Shown here one piece after another: positions 39,421 through 49,416 of a stretch of DNA of 64,000 nt (position 1 is its first letter; the number at the start of each line of letters is the position of its first letter). The DNA comes from Methanoregulaceae archaeon. Its GTDB lineage: Archaea > Halobacteriota > Methanomicrobia > Methanomicrobiales > Methanospirillaceae. The notes beneath the pieces are model-generated. The model was not told the DNA's origin and searched no databases. It was given only the letters and a program-made list of their open reading frames with translations. Where the stretch lies: assembly GCA_015660885.1 (NCBI GenBank), contig JACTUB010000004.1, positions 62,070 to 126,069 on the forward strand, written 5' to 3'. A program made the translations under genes and the position numbers.

Positions 39421-42400
39421 TTACGCGGCTCGCGCCGTGCTGGAGGACCCGCCTTTGGAGATCCGGTCGATAGTAACGGGTGATTCCTCGCCACTGTCTG
39501 CTGCGAAAGCATCCTCAGAAGCACTGTCATCAGAACCTGCCTTGATCCTGAATTTTGAGACCTCTTTTGTTACCTGGTCAGCAATGACGGTCACATTCTG
39601 GACTATCTTGGTGATCTGGTCGATCGCTGCAGAAGATTCCTCGCTTGCTGCTGCCGAGTCGGTTGCCTCCTTTGCGGTATCATTGACAAGTGCGTTGACC
39701 TCGTTCACGCTCGCAGTCACTTCCTCGACAGAAGCAGCCTGTTCTTCTGCAGATGCCGCCACGTCATTGATATTCCTGTTGATCTCATCGATTGAGGCAA
39801 CAATCTTGTTGAACACTTCAAGGGTCTGGGACAGTGCGACTCCGCCTTCCTTAACTTCACCACTTGACTTTTCAACGTTCTCCACTGCACGCTGTGTCTG
39901 TTTCTGGAGATCACCGATCATGAGGCGGATTTTCGCTGCAGAGTTCTCAGATTCTTCAGCCAGTGATTTAACTTCGGTTGCTACAACGGCAAACCCGCGG
40001 CCCGCCTCACCAGCACGGGCTGCTTCAATGGCTGCGTTCAGGGCAAGCAGGTTGGTCTGATTGGCAAGGTTGGCGATGAGAACTACGATATCCCCGATCT
40101 TGTCCATCTGGGATTTGATATCGAGGATGATCTCGTTGACTTCTGTTGAAGACTTGGTTATCCCGACCATTCCCTTATCTGCCTTGGAGGCAAGGTCCGA
40201 TCCCGTCTGGGACAGTTCCTCGGATTTCTTTGCGATCTGGGCAACAGCTTCTGCCTTTGTCGCAACTTCCTGGACTGTGGTTGACAGGTCTTCCATTGCC
40301 TTGAGGACCTGCTTGATTCCCTCACCGCTCTTTTCAGCATTCAGGCTTACGGCACCGGCATTCTTGGCGATCTGGGCTGAGCCGGCCGATACTTCTTCGA
40401 CGCTTGCAGTGGCTTCCTGTGCTCCCGCGGAAAGCTGGTTTATCTGCTGGTTCACCTTAAGAAGTGCCTTGGAGACCTGGACACCGACATTGTTCAAAGA
40501 TTTCTTGAATTTGGTAAAGTCTCCCTGTACCTGGAGGCGGTTGTCATACCGTGCGGTAAAGTCAGCCTTTGCATAAGTGTCAGCGACCCTCATTGCCTCG
40601 TTAAGCGGCCCGGTGACCGCATCAAGGGTCTCATTTACCCCCTCAATGATCTTCTGGTATTCCCCCTGGTGCCGTGCCGCATCAGCACGGGTGGCAAGTT
40701 TTCCTGCCACTGCTGCATCGGATAGCATATTTGCGTCTTTTGTCAGGTTCTGAAGCGCGTCAAATGTCCTGATAAATGACGGTACTAAGCGGTCTCCCTC
40801 CGATCGTTTTGCAATCTTGCGGTACACGTCGGCTTCTGACAGGTCACCGTTACTGATCCTGACAAGGGATTCCGTCACATGATTGACCCGTTCCCTGACC
40901 AGATTCACTGACATCTTGATATCGGCAAAGACGCCCATATAGTTCCCCTCAACGCCTTTTGAATGGTCATTGACGGCCATCCGCTTGAGAACTTCGCTTG
41001 CTTCGATGAGCCCGCCAAGACCGTCGATACACTGGTTTAAGTTGTTCTTGATCTCGTTGAAATCGCCCTTGTACTGGTCGGTGATCTTTGCCGGGATATC
41101 CCCTTTGCTGATACGGTCCATGTACTCGGCGGCAACATTGAGCGGTCCGATGACCGAGTCGAGCGTATTGTTGACACCTTCAATGATCTTCCTGAAGTCG
41201 CCCTGGTGCTTGGATGCATCGGCACGGACATCGAGTTTACCATCCACTGCAGCGACCGAGAGCATCTTTGCGTCCCTGACAAGCAGGTTGACCGCGTCGA
41301 TGCACTGGTTTAAGTTGTTCTTGATCTCGTTGAAATCGCCCTTGTACTGGTCGGTGATCTTTGCCGGGACATCCCCCTTGCTGATCCGGTCCATGTACTC
41401 GGCAGCCATGTTCAGCGGGCCGATGATCGCATCAAGCGTGTGGTTGACCCCTTCGATGGTCTTCCGGAAGTCTCCCTGGTGCTTGGATGCATCGGCACGG
41501 ATATCGAGTTTGCCTTCAACCGAACCTGCTGCTAACGTCTGCGTATCCCTGACAAGCAGGTTGATTGCATCGATACACTGGTTTAAGTTGTTCTTGATCT
41601 CGTTGAAGTCGCCCTTGTACTGGTCGGTAATTTTTGCCGGGACATCCCCCTTGCTGATCCGGTCCATGTACTCGGCAGTCATATTCAGCGGGCCGATAAT
41701 CGCATCGAGTGTGTTATTGATGCCTACCACAATTTCTTTATATCCTCCATTGAATTTGTCCGCTTTGCCCCGGACATCCAGTTTGCCATCTGCCCCCGCC
41801 TCGGTGAGCATCTTGGTTTCGGTGACAAGCCCCTGAAGCGAGCTCACCGTGTTCATAAGTGCCGGAGTAATCTCGTCCTGGGGGTCCTTTGCCATGAGCA
41901 TAACATTCAGGTCGCCATCAGCGATCTTTTTCATGGAGCCAACCACATTCTTCTGGAGATCCTCTGAGAACATGTCCATCGTGACTGCCATCTCACCGAT
42001 CTCATCCTTACGGGACAACTTCATCCGGTGACCAAGATGGCCTTTGCTGAGTTCGTCAAGATTCCGTTTGACATCATCAATCGGGCCGGTAATGCTCTTT
42101 GAGAGGTAGAGGGCCAGTACAACTCCTGCAATGACGCCAAAGACAGTTGCAATGATCATCAATAAGGTTGCGGTCGCAGTTGCGTCAGCAGTGTCCTTGG
42201 CAAGTTTTTCCGATGCCGTAAAAGTACTCGTAACAAGCGTCTTAAGGGCTGCAAGAGTATCGGTCCGTGCCATAATAACTGGACTGCTTGCTGCAAGACC
42301 CTCATCGACTGCTTTCATGTCGTTTGCATCAGCATCCTTCTGGAGTTTCTGGTAGCCTGCCTGCATATCTGACCAGGACGCATCGAATTTTGCCAGTGTC

Positions 42401-42735
42401 GCCTTGTCTCCATCCGACATGGGCCGTGCACGGAATTCTTTCATCTGGTCATTGATAGTCGCTACCTGGGCACTTAGCGAAGCCCCGGTTGCCTGCCGGT
42501 CTGACGGGACATAAATATACCGGTAAACATCTCCCCGCATCTTTTCCATGGCCGCATTTGCCGTAGCCAGATTATCGGCCGAAACCATTTTTTCATTATA
42601 CATCACATCCTGGTTTGCTTTTGCATTCTGGAGATTTACGTAACCCAATGCTGCAACTGCAACAAGGATAAGCAGAACTACAAGAAACCCACCGAGGAGT
42701 TTTTTCCCGATTTTCATGTCATCAACAAACTTCAT
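39421..42735 (-). CDS. Membrane methyl-accepting chemotaxis protein (4HB sensor, poly-HAMP)
   Basis: Two TMs flanking a four-helix sensor; HAMP arrays; [27 protein letters not shown] tip; start set at ATG 42735. Confidence 0.95.
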   Translation of the reverse strand: MKFVDDMKIGKKLLGGFLVVLLILVAVAALGYVNLQNAKANQDVMYNEKMVSADNLATANAAMEKMRGDVYRYIYVPSDRQATGASLSAQVATINDQMKEFRARPMSDGDKATLAKFDASWSDMQAGYQKLQKDADANDMKAVDEGLAASSPVIMARTDTLAALKTLVTSTFTASEKLAKDTADATATATLLMIIATVFGVIAGVVLALYLSKSITGPIDDVKRNLDELSKGHLGHRMKLSRKDEIGEMAVTMDMFSEDLQKNVVGSMKKIADGDLNVMLMAKDPQDEITPALMNTVSSLQGLVTETKMLTEAGADGKLDVRGKADKFNGGYKEIVVGINNTLDAIIGPLNMTAEYMDRISKGDVPAKITDQYKGDFNEIKNNLNQCIDAINLLVRDTQTLAAGSVEGKLDIRADASKHQGDFRKTIEGVNHTLDAIIGPLNMAAEYMDRISKGDVPAKITDQYKGDFNEIKNNLNQCIDAVNLLVRDAKMLSVAAVDGKLDVRADASKHQGDFRKIIEGVNNTLDSVIGPLNVAAEYMDRISKGDIPAKITDQYKGDFNEIKNNLNQCIDGLGGLIEASEVLKRMAVNDHSKGVEGNYMGVFADIKMSVNLVRERVNHVTESLVRISNGDLSEADVYRKIAKRSEGDRLVPSFIRTFDALQNLTKDANMLSDAAVAGKLATRADAARHQGEYQKIIEGVNETLDAVTGPLNEAMRVADTYAKADFTARYDNRLQVQGDFTKFKKSLNNVGVQVSKALLKVNQQINQLSAGAQEATASVEEVSAGSAQIAKNAGAVSLNAEKSGEGIKQVLKAMEDLSTTVQEVATKAEAVAQIAKKSEELSQTGSDLASKADKGMVGITKSSTEVNEIILDIKSQMDKIGDIVVLIANLANQTNLLALNAAIEAARAGEAGRGFAVVATEVKSLAEESENSAAKIRLMIGDLQKQTQRAVENVEKSSGEVKEGGVALSQTLEVFNKIVASIDEINRNINDVAASAEEQAASVEEVTASVNEVNALVNDTAKEATDSAAASEESSAAIDQITKIVQNVTVIADQVTKEVSKFRIKAGSDDSASEDAFAADSGEESPVTIDRISKGGSSSTARAA
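41017..41835 (-). repeat. Three tandem 273-bp (91 aa) intragenic HAMP-pair repeats
   Basis: I/V-I-GPLN unit starts at 41700, 41427 and 41154, exactly 273 bp apart. Confidence 0.9.
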
Positions 42736-42969
42736 TTCTTTCGCCACCGTTTTTGAATAACCATAAATTTTTAAATGCCTGCGGAACCGGATTATAATCC
42801 AGTGTCCCGTCAATGTTTGTCCTGCAGTCAATGCAATCAGAAACCATGTCAGTTCCTGACAGCTGGTCGTTAAGATCCGGCCAGCTTGTGTTTAATTCCG
42901 TGCTGGTTCTGGTTTTTCCCATGTTCATCTCCATTTTACCTGTTTGACAAATATCCCGTAGTAAGCCGG

Positions 42970-43575
42970 TTACCCGAGAGATATCATTGGCTGTTTGTAT
43001 ACCTCATTCATAACCTGTCCCAAGCCCGTGTACATCGCGGCGAGCCCACAGATTACGCCGTCAACGCCGGCAACCTGTAAAATTGCGACATTCCCAAAGG
43101 CATTACCCGCGATCAAAAGCAGGAACAGGATCGTGAGGAGTCCGAAAACAACCTGCAACGCTTTTGACAGTTTCAGGGTAATGACAAACATTACAAAAGC
43201 GAACAACCCCCATATCGTGAGGAATGATACGAATGCTGCTGTAGGCATCGGATCACTCAGCCCAAGCTTCGGCAGGAGAATCATGCTCACGAGTGATATC
43301 CAGAAAAAGCCAAACGCAATGAACGCGGTTGTACCGAACGTATTGTTCTTCTTCCATTCCATAATTCCGGCGATAATCTGTGCAATACCCCCGAAAAATA
43401 TCCCCATCGCAAAGATAGTGGATCCCAGCCCAAAGAACCCGGCATTGTGCAGGTTCAGAAGCACCGTAGTCATGCCGAATGCCAGAAGCCCCAGTGGTGC
43501 CGGGTTTGCAGTTACATCCGCAATTCTGACGTCTTTTGTTAACTCTCTTCCAATATTTTCCATTTCATCCTCCAA
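42970..43575 (-). CDS. satP: Acetate uptake transporter, GPR1/FUN34/YaaH family
   Basis: ANPAPLGLLAFGMTT signature; six TMs. Confidence 0.93.
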   Translation of the reverse strand: MEDEMENIGRELTKDVRIADVTANPAPLGLLAFGMTTVLLNLHNAGFFGLGSTIFAMGIFFGGIAQIIAGIMEWKKNNTFGTTAFIAFGFFWISLVSMILLPKLGLSDPMPTAAFVSFLTIWGLFAFVMFVITLKLSKALQVVFGLLTILFLLLIAGNAFGNVAILQVAGVDGVICGLAAMYTGLGQVMNEVYKQPMISLG

Positions 43576-43662
43576 GTTCTATTTTTTCGTCTTCAGTTCC
43601 GTTTTTATTGAACCGGCATCTGAATGAAGGTCCAGCTCATCGCCTGATATCGTCTATATGAC

Positions 43663-43806
43663 TCAGGAACCAGATTGTCGTTCATCCAGATTGCGTTTCA
43701 AGGTCCTGTTCTCAATGGTGTCAGAGATCACACCTGTATCAACAAGCAGGTCGGCAAATCTCATCCATGTCCTATCCGTTTCAAACGTGATTTCCGTCAT
43801 GTGCAT
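43663..43806 (-). CDS. Putative 47-aa small protein (below the ORF-track cutoff)
   Basis: AGGAG Shine-Dalgarno then MHMTEITFETDRTWMRFADLLVDTGVISDTIENRTLKRNLDERQSGS. Confidence 0.35.
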   Translation of the reverse strand: MHMTEITFETDRTWMRFADLLVDTGVISDTIENRTLKRNLDERQSGS

Positions 43807-44011
43807 GCTCCTGACCTGCTCTCTTCTGAATCATTCCCTGGTTTTCACGTAACGACCGATCGTTTTCGTTTACCGCCGTTTTGCCTGCGCTGCCGATCCA
43901 TACAGAACATACACCAGGGCCTTCCCGTGCAAGCATGGCAGTACACTGCACCCAGAGAGCGCCGGTATCCCATCGTTCATGCATCCGATCCAACCCCGCG
44001 ATTTTTTCCCG

Positions 44012-44191
44012 TCATCGTTGATAATCGCTTTCACACTCAACAGGAATCGTAGGCATAGCGTAATATTCCTCGAGTTTGTCAGCAAGTTCATTCAGCACTT
44101 TAAAATGATCCTGGAGATCATCCTGCACGGAGCCTCCCGGTGATGAGATCTCTGCTCTCGTTCCTGTTTTTGCCGTTTTTTCATCCTCCAT
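44012..44191 (-). CDS. Putative 59-aa small protein
   Basis: MEDEKTAK...HFKVLNELADKLEEYYAMP; helical and protein-like composition. Confidence 0.35.
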   Translation of the reverse strand: MEDEKTAKTGTRAEISSPGGSVQDDLQDHFKVLNELADKLEEYYAMPTIPVECESDYQR

Positions 44192-44395
44192 TCGTTTTCT
44201 CGACTGAAACCTGTACCACATTGCCCGTAGTCTTCTGACAATATTCTGTGGTAATATCTCCTTTTTCTTAAAACTATTTAAATTTTTTGTTTATTGATGA
44301 TTAAAATTGTTGTTCAATTATATCGATTAAAAATAACGAGTGTTAATAGTTTATATATTTAATCGGCATATCAACAGTGATAGGGCAAGGATCAC

Positions 44396-46036
44396 ATGGT
44401 AAGAGAAAGCGAGCAGGAAAGAATTAGGGAATTACTGAAGATCAACCCGAAAGGCCTGTCAATAGAAGAAGTATCCCAAAAGCTCAAACTTAACCGCGCA
44501 ACTGCCGCAAAATACCTTAATTCTCTTGTCATGTCCGGACAGGCAGACATGAGGAACCTCGGACCCGCAAAATTATTTTATCTTACCCACCGGCTTACCT
44601 TACCAAACCTGCTCAGTCTAGCAACAGATATGATACTAATCCTGGATAACGATCTTTTCATCCAGGAAGTAAATGATCCTTTTCTTTCCTGTTTTCATCT
44701 CAAAAAACCGGAACTCAAAGGGAAAAAAATAGAACACTCGGTATTGGCACGCTATATAACCCGCGACCACCTGGATGCTATTGCAAAGGCGCTCGAAGGC
44801 CAGGAACAGGCTTTCGATGTACACTTTGACGGCCTCAAAGAAGATCGTTTTTTCAAAATGAAATGTATCCCGCTGGTATTTGAAGAGGGGGGTCGGGCTG
44901 TCGGGATCCTCCTTGAGGATATCACTGAAATAAAAAAATACCAGCAGGATCTTGAAGAACAGGTCAGGCAACGGACTGCTGAACTGATCAGGACAAATGA
45001 CGCGTTGCGGGAGAGCGAGTACCGGTTCAGGCAGGTTACCGAAAACGCAGAAGAATGGATTTGGGAAATGGATGAAGAGGGCGTGTATCGCTACAGCAGT
45101 CAGGCCGTCGAGAGGATCCTGGGGTATTCTCCCGGGGAGCTGGTTCAGCAGAAGCATTTTTATGATCTCTTTGAACCAGGAATGCGGGAGGACCTGAAGA
45201 AATCGGCTCTTACTATTATTGAACACAAAGAACTATTCCAGCATTTCATCAATTCAAACGTCCATAAAAACGGCAGCATCGTCATTCTTGAAAAGAGCGG
45301 TTCCCCGATACTTAATGAAAAGGGAGATCTCACAGGTTACCGTGGAACTGATATGAATATAACTGAACGCAAGAGGGCAGAGGATGCAATAAAAAAGGCA
45401 AACAAGCAGATCATCCTGTTAAACAGCGTTACCCGTCACGATATTATCAACCAGCTCAACACGCTGACGGGGTACCTCGGCATCATGAAAAAACTACAGA
45501 ACAACGAGAAAATTGCCGACCTTATCGGGACCGAACAGCAGATTGCCGAAACAATCCGCCGCCAGATTACATTCACCAGGGATTACCAGAATATTGGTGT
45601 ACAGCCACCGCAGTGGATTGCGGTGAATGTTACGATTTTAAAGGTGCTGACGACAATGGATTTGGGATCCGTTTCGGTCGGCGTCGACAGCAGCTCACTG
45701 GAAATTTATACCGACCTCCTTATAGAGAAAGTCTTTTTCAATCTTATCGACAATTCCCTCCGCCATGGTGAGCATGTCACACAGATCCGTATCGGGTTCA
45801 GGAAGGAAGAGAATGGTCTTTCCATCATCTACGAGGATGACGGTATCGGGGTACCGGACCAAGAGAAAGAACGGATTTTCGAGCGAGGGTTCGGCAAAAA
45901 TACCGGTTACGGATTGTTCCTTGTGCGTGAAATCCTTTCCATTACCGGCCTTGCGATAAAAGAAACGGGTGTCTATAAAAAAGGGATATGTTTTGAAATT
46001 TTTGTTCCCCAAGGACTTTATCGATTCTCCAGTTAA
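44396..46036 (+). CDS. HTH-PAS-PAS histidine kinase
   Basis: LSIEEVSQKLKLNRATAAKYL HTH; two PAS domains; VTRHDIIN H-box; HATPase boxes. Confidence 0.92.
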   Translation: MVRESEQERIRELLKINPKGLSIEEVSQKLKLNRATAAKYLNSLVMSGQADMRNLGPAKLFYLTHRLTLPNLLSLATDMILILDNDLFIQEVNDPFLSCFHLKKPELKGKKIEHSVLARYITRDHLDAIAKALEGQEQAFDVHFDGLKEDRFFKMKCIPLVFEEGGRAVGILLEDITEIKKYQQDLEEQVRQRTAELIRTNDALRESEYRFRQVTENAEEWIWEMDEEGVYRYSSQAVERILGYSPGELVQQKHFYDLFEPGMREDLKKSALTIIEHKELFQHFINSNVHKNGSIVILEKSGSPILNEKGDLTGYRGTDMNITERKRAEDAIKKANKQIILLNSVTRHDIINQLNTLTGYLGIMKKLQNNEKIADLIGTEQQIAETIRRQITFTRDYQNIGVQPPQWIAVNVTILKVLTTMDLGSVSVGVDSSSLEIYTDLLIEKVFFNLIDNSLRHGEHVTQIRIGFRKEENGLSIIYEDDGIGVPDQEKERIFERGFGKNTGYGLFLVREILSITGLAIKETGVYKKGICFEIFVPQGLYRFSS

Positions 46037-46313
46037 AAATTTCATCCTATTCTCGTGAAGCCTCCTTTTTCTGCAAGCACGAAAAGTTGATAATGGGAGA
46101 ACAGTACCAGTCCCTCCACACTACTCTTGCCGCGCTGTTATGAAAGCACTGTATTAGTTTGGTTTTTTAAGTACCGCAATCCGGGCCGAGTCACAACAAT
46201 AGGTGAAATACCATGGGGTATCCGGGTTCGTCTGGGTATTCCCAAAGACCTGAATATATCAAAATATCTCCCATTAAAATGGTAACGGAAATCTCAGGAT
46301 TAAAAGCAACAGA

Positions 46314-46907
46314 TCATTTATTTTTCCTGACATTTCTCAGGGATTCCTTTAAAATTTCGTTACACCCGTCAAAAAGGGGGGGGCCGTGTCCAAAATATAT
46401 GGACCGGATATCTCTGCTGCAGAGGGTTTCCAGTGCACTGATGAATTCCGGTTCGTACGTACCATCAGTGGTTCGGATCACAAGGGGCGTATCCCCGGAA
46501 AAAAGGACACCCTCCTGCCAGCAGTAAAGGCAGATCGAATCATTACTGTGTCCGGGAGTAGAGATAATTTCAAAATCCCTGTCACCCACTCTTACATTTT
46601 CCCCCCCTTTTAGTATAACATCCACTCCCTCAAGAAAAGGAGAGGCAGCACGAACAACAGGATTGAACATGTCACAGATAAGCGGCAGGAGCGTTACATG
46701 ATCATAATGGCTGTGGGTGAGAATTACCTGCTCTACTCTTTTTTTACCAACCCCTGTTGAAGCTGCCATAAGTCCGGTAAGGATTGCCGGGTCCCTCCCG
46801 GTATCGATGAGCGTGTTCATGTCAGAAAGGGCATTCCATGTCCCGGTAACGAGGTAAACGTTGGAAGTGTATTGCGTTCCTTTTGTAAAAAGGTTAAGGA
46901 TTTTCAT
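46314..46907 (-). CDS. Metallo-beta-lactamase-fold hydrolase
   Basis: THSHYDH, TPGHS, FSGDT and FGHG metal-ligand motifs. Confidence 0.92.
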   Translation of the reverse strand: MKILNLFTKGTQYTSNVYLVTGTWNALSDMNTLIDTGRDPAILTGLMAASTGVGKKRVEQVILTHSHYDHVTLLPLICDMFNPVVRAASPFLEGVDVILKGGENVRVGDRDFEIISTPGHSNDSICLYCWQEGVLFSGDTPLVIRTTDGTYEPEFISALETLCSRDIRSIYFGHGPPLFDGCNEILKESLRNVRKNK

Positions 46908-47521
46908 TGTTGTGCGGAAATTTTTTTAAAGATCTGGGCATTGGCTGCAACCGGTTCAAAATAGCGTTCCATTTCGGCAGGTAATTTCTGGGTCTGTTCG
47001 GTGATAAGGAAACACCCGTCATCAAGGGCATCATAAAACATCCTGTATACCTTAAGCCTCTCCTCATCATTGAAGTGGAGCAGGACATTTTTACAGACAA
47101 TAAGACCCATGCTCTGGCGGACTGGCTGGAATGTCAGCAGGTCGTGTTTTTCAAAGATCAGTCTCCTCCTGATCTCTTCTGCAATTTTCCAGTTGCCGGG
47201 TTTTTGTTCATCAGGAGAAAAATATGTTGAAAATATATCCTGAGGGATCCTTTCCAGTTCCTGTCTTGCGTAACTTCCTTCTTCGATTATCTTTGCAAAT
47301 AAGTTACTGATATCAATATCTGTACAATAGATCTTCACATTCCGGAAGATCATCGGTCCCATATTCTCACGAAGCATGATAGCAATGGTATACGGTTCCT
47401 GCCCCATTGCACACCCGGCACTCCAGATATTTATATACCTCCTGCTGCCGATTACCGGGAGAATAAACTCACGGATCATTTCAAGGGTCTGGTAGTCGCG
47501 GAAGAAGTAAGTAAAGGCCAT
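46904..47521 (-). CDS. cheR: CheR-type SAM methyltransferase lacking the N-terminal domain
   Basis: TYFFRD at residue 4; WSAGCAMGQEPYT, TDID and CKNVLLHF motifs. Confidence 0.88.
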   Translation of the reverse strand: MAFTYFFRDYQTLEMIREFILPVIGSRRYINIWSAGCAMGQEPYTIAIMLRENMGPMIFRNVKIYCTDIDISNLFAKIIEEGSYARQELERIPQDIFSTYFSPDEQKPGNWKIAEEIRRRLIFEKHDLLTFQPVRQSMGLIVCKNVLLHFNDEERLKVYRMFYDALDDGCFLITEQTQKLPAEMERYFEPVAANAQIFKKISAQQ

Positions 47522-47666
47522 TTTCTGATCCCGTTCTTAATATTTTGGATATAATAGATGTATGAACCTATTCCCTGATCCGACACCAACCTTCTGATTG
47601 GAATCGATACTTCCCGAAAGGAGATTTCCTGTGTAGTAAGGTGCAGAAACAAGGTTCATCCCCGTA

Positions 47667-48320
47667 TTACCGGGGACTATATGCATCATAATATGCCCGC
47701 GTGGTTTCCAGGTTTATCCGGAAGCGGTTAATGCTGTCTGCGGTAATAATGATGTACATGCCGGTATTTGAGGTCTGGACAACACGGTACGACGTTTCCC
47801 TGTTCAGGATCTCTTCGCCCTCAATAATGCCGCCGGTATCTGCATAACAAAGGGCAATTCGGAGATCACTGGGGTGATGTTCTGCAATGACCGTGGTGTT
47901 GATTACCCATACCGGGTAAGGAACGGAGAAAACCTGCGTCAGACCACCCCGTGTATCTTCAATAAAGGCAAACTGCACCCACTCCTGGTTCCGCCAGGGT
48001 ATTTCTGATGCCCCGAATGTCTCCATGTGGTCCGGCATTTTATACACCGGATAGGTGAAGGGTTTGTCAGTATAATAGATGCGATACGGGGGAGGGCTGG
48101 ATTTTGTAACAACCGGTGTTTCGACAGGAATCGGGCTAACATCTGGTAGCATTGTCGTGATAGAAGCAGGGAATTGAGTGACTGTTCCTGCAGGCTGCAC
48201 TGCAGTTCCAGCAGAAACCGGAGCTTTTGATAAAGCCGGAGGATTTGCTAATACTGCTACGAAGACTACGATCGCGATGCCTGCGATGAGGGCAAGAATA
48301 TCACCAGTCTCCACGTACAA
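47667..48320 (-). CDS. Membrane-anchored exported hypothetical protein (paralog of 15637-16407)
   Basis: N-terminal TM, Pro/Thr linker, GLTQVFSVPYPVW motif. Confidence 0.75.
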   Translation of the reverse strand: MYVETGDILALIAGIAIVVFVAVLANPPALSKAPVSAGTAVQPAGTVTQFPASITTMLPDVSPIPVETPVVTKSSPPPYRIYYTDKPFTYPVYKMPDHMETFGASEIPWRNQEWVQFAFIEDTRGGLTQVFSVPYPVWVINTTVIAEHHPSDLRIALCYADTGGIIEGEEILNRETSYRVVQTSNTGMYIIITADSINRFRINLETTRAYYDAYSPR

Positions 48321-48519
48321 TACTTGACAAGATGTTATAAAAAAGGTATAGGGATCCTTGTAGTTTTCAGGTTAATCAGGGATGTGGTTTGTCAACCATT
48401 CCTACGCGAAAATTCAAATGAATTTTTCTTTTTTGAAAAAAAGGCAGGATTTTTGTTCTAGAGAACCGATAAGTATTAAAGTATATAGTCATAAATAAAA
48501 AAATATATCGGGTGGTACA

Positions 48520-49416
48520 ATTCCAGTTATTACCTTTTCTCATCATAAAGGGGGTACGGGTAAGACAACATCTTGCCTGAATGTTGCCGGCTTTTGTCAT
48601 CAGGCCGGGAGAAAGGTACTGGTTGTTGACTGCGATCCTCAGGCGAATGCAACTGCCGGTCTCGGTGTCGATCCCAGTACTTCTAACAAAGACATGTATG
48701 ATATCTTCATGAGCGGGATCGATGATTTCCCGAATGTCACGCTGCAGGAAATCATCAGAAAAACTGCTTCCGGTATTGACCTGGCACCTTCGCACCTTGA
48801 CATGGTGGGTGCTGAACCATATATCTATCATGCAAAATTCCCGACGGGTATTCTTAAAGAAGCACTCTCCGGTATTAAAAACCAGTATTCGTATATCTTC
48901 ATCGATACGCCACCGAGCCTGGGGCAGTTCGTAATCAACGGACTCTTTGCAGCGGATCATGTCATTGTGACCCTTGACTCAGGATCGTTTGCGCTCAACG
49001 GAATAGCGACCCTCTCGATGATATTTGCTGATATAAAAGACGTCCTTGGTAAAGAGATCGTCCCTGATATGGCTATTGTCAGCCGCTGGGGTGAGGGGTT
49101 ACTTCAGTCGCGTTCCCGCGCCGAAGAAGAGGGCAGGCGGGATATTTTCACCAAGCTCCGGAACATCTTTTATAAGCCCCCCGAGCCGTCTCCTGAAGAC
49201 AGAAAGACGGCAGAAGAGAATAAAAATGAACAGGAAAGGCTGATTGCCACTCTCAACGAGATCAAACGCAAGTTCCCGAGCGTGTATACTGTTCCCTACT
49301 CTCCTGCGGTATACGAAGCCCAGAGACGTGGCATGCCGATTTCGCATTTTGCACCGGACAGCGCCGCCGGAATTGCATATAAGACCATAGCAGAAGAGGT
49401 TATGAGATGGAGCTAA
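48520..49416 (+). CDS. ParA/MinD-family ATPase (probable ATT start; the ORF track starts at an internal Met at 48694)
   Basis: In-frame HHKGGTGKTT deviant Walker A at 48541-48570; VDCDPQAN; IDTPP Walker B. Confidence 0.88.
   Translation: MPVITFSHHKGGTGKTTSCLNVAGFCHQAGRKVLVVDCDPQANATAGLGVDPSTSNKDMYDIFMSGIDDFPNVTLQEIIRKTASGIDLAPSHLDMVGAEPYIYHAKFPTGILKEALSGIKNQYSYIFIDTPPSLGQFVINGLFAADHVIVTLDSGSFALNGIATLSMIFADIKDVLGKEIVPDMAIVSRWGEGLLQSRSRAEEEGRRDIFTKLRNIFYKPPEPSPEDRKTAEENKNEQERLIATLNEIKRKFPSVYTVPYSPAVYEAQRRGMPISHFAPDSAAGIAYKTIAEEVMRWS

Noticed and set aside
39421-39500. NWETF-type CheR-tethering pentapeptide on the MCPs
   Set aside because: None of the three receptors ends in such a motif (ends are STARAA, QFRLR and KFHLN)
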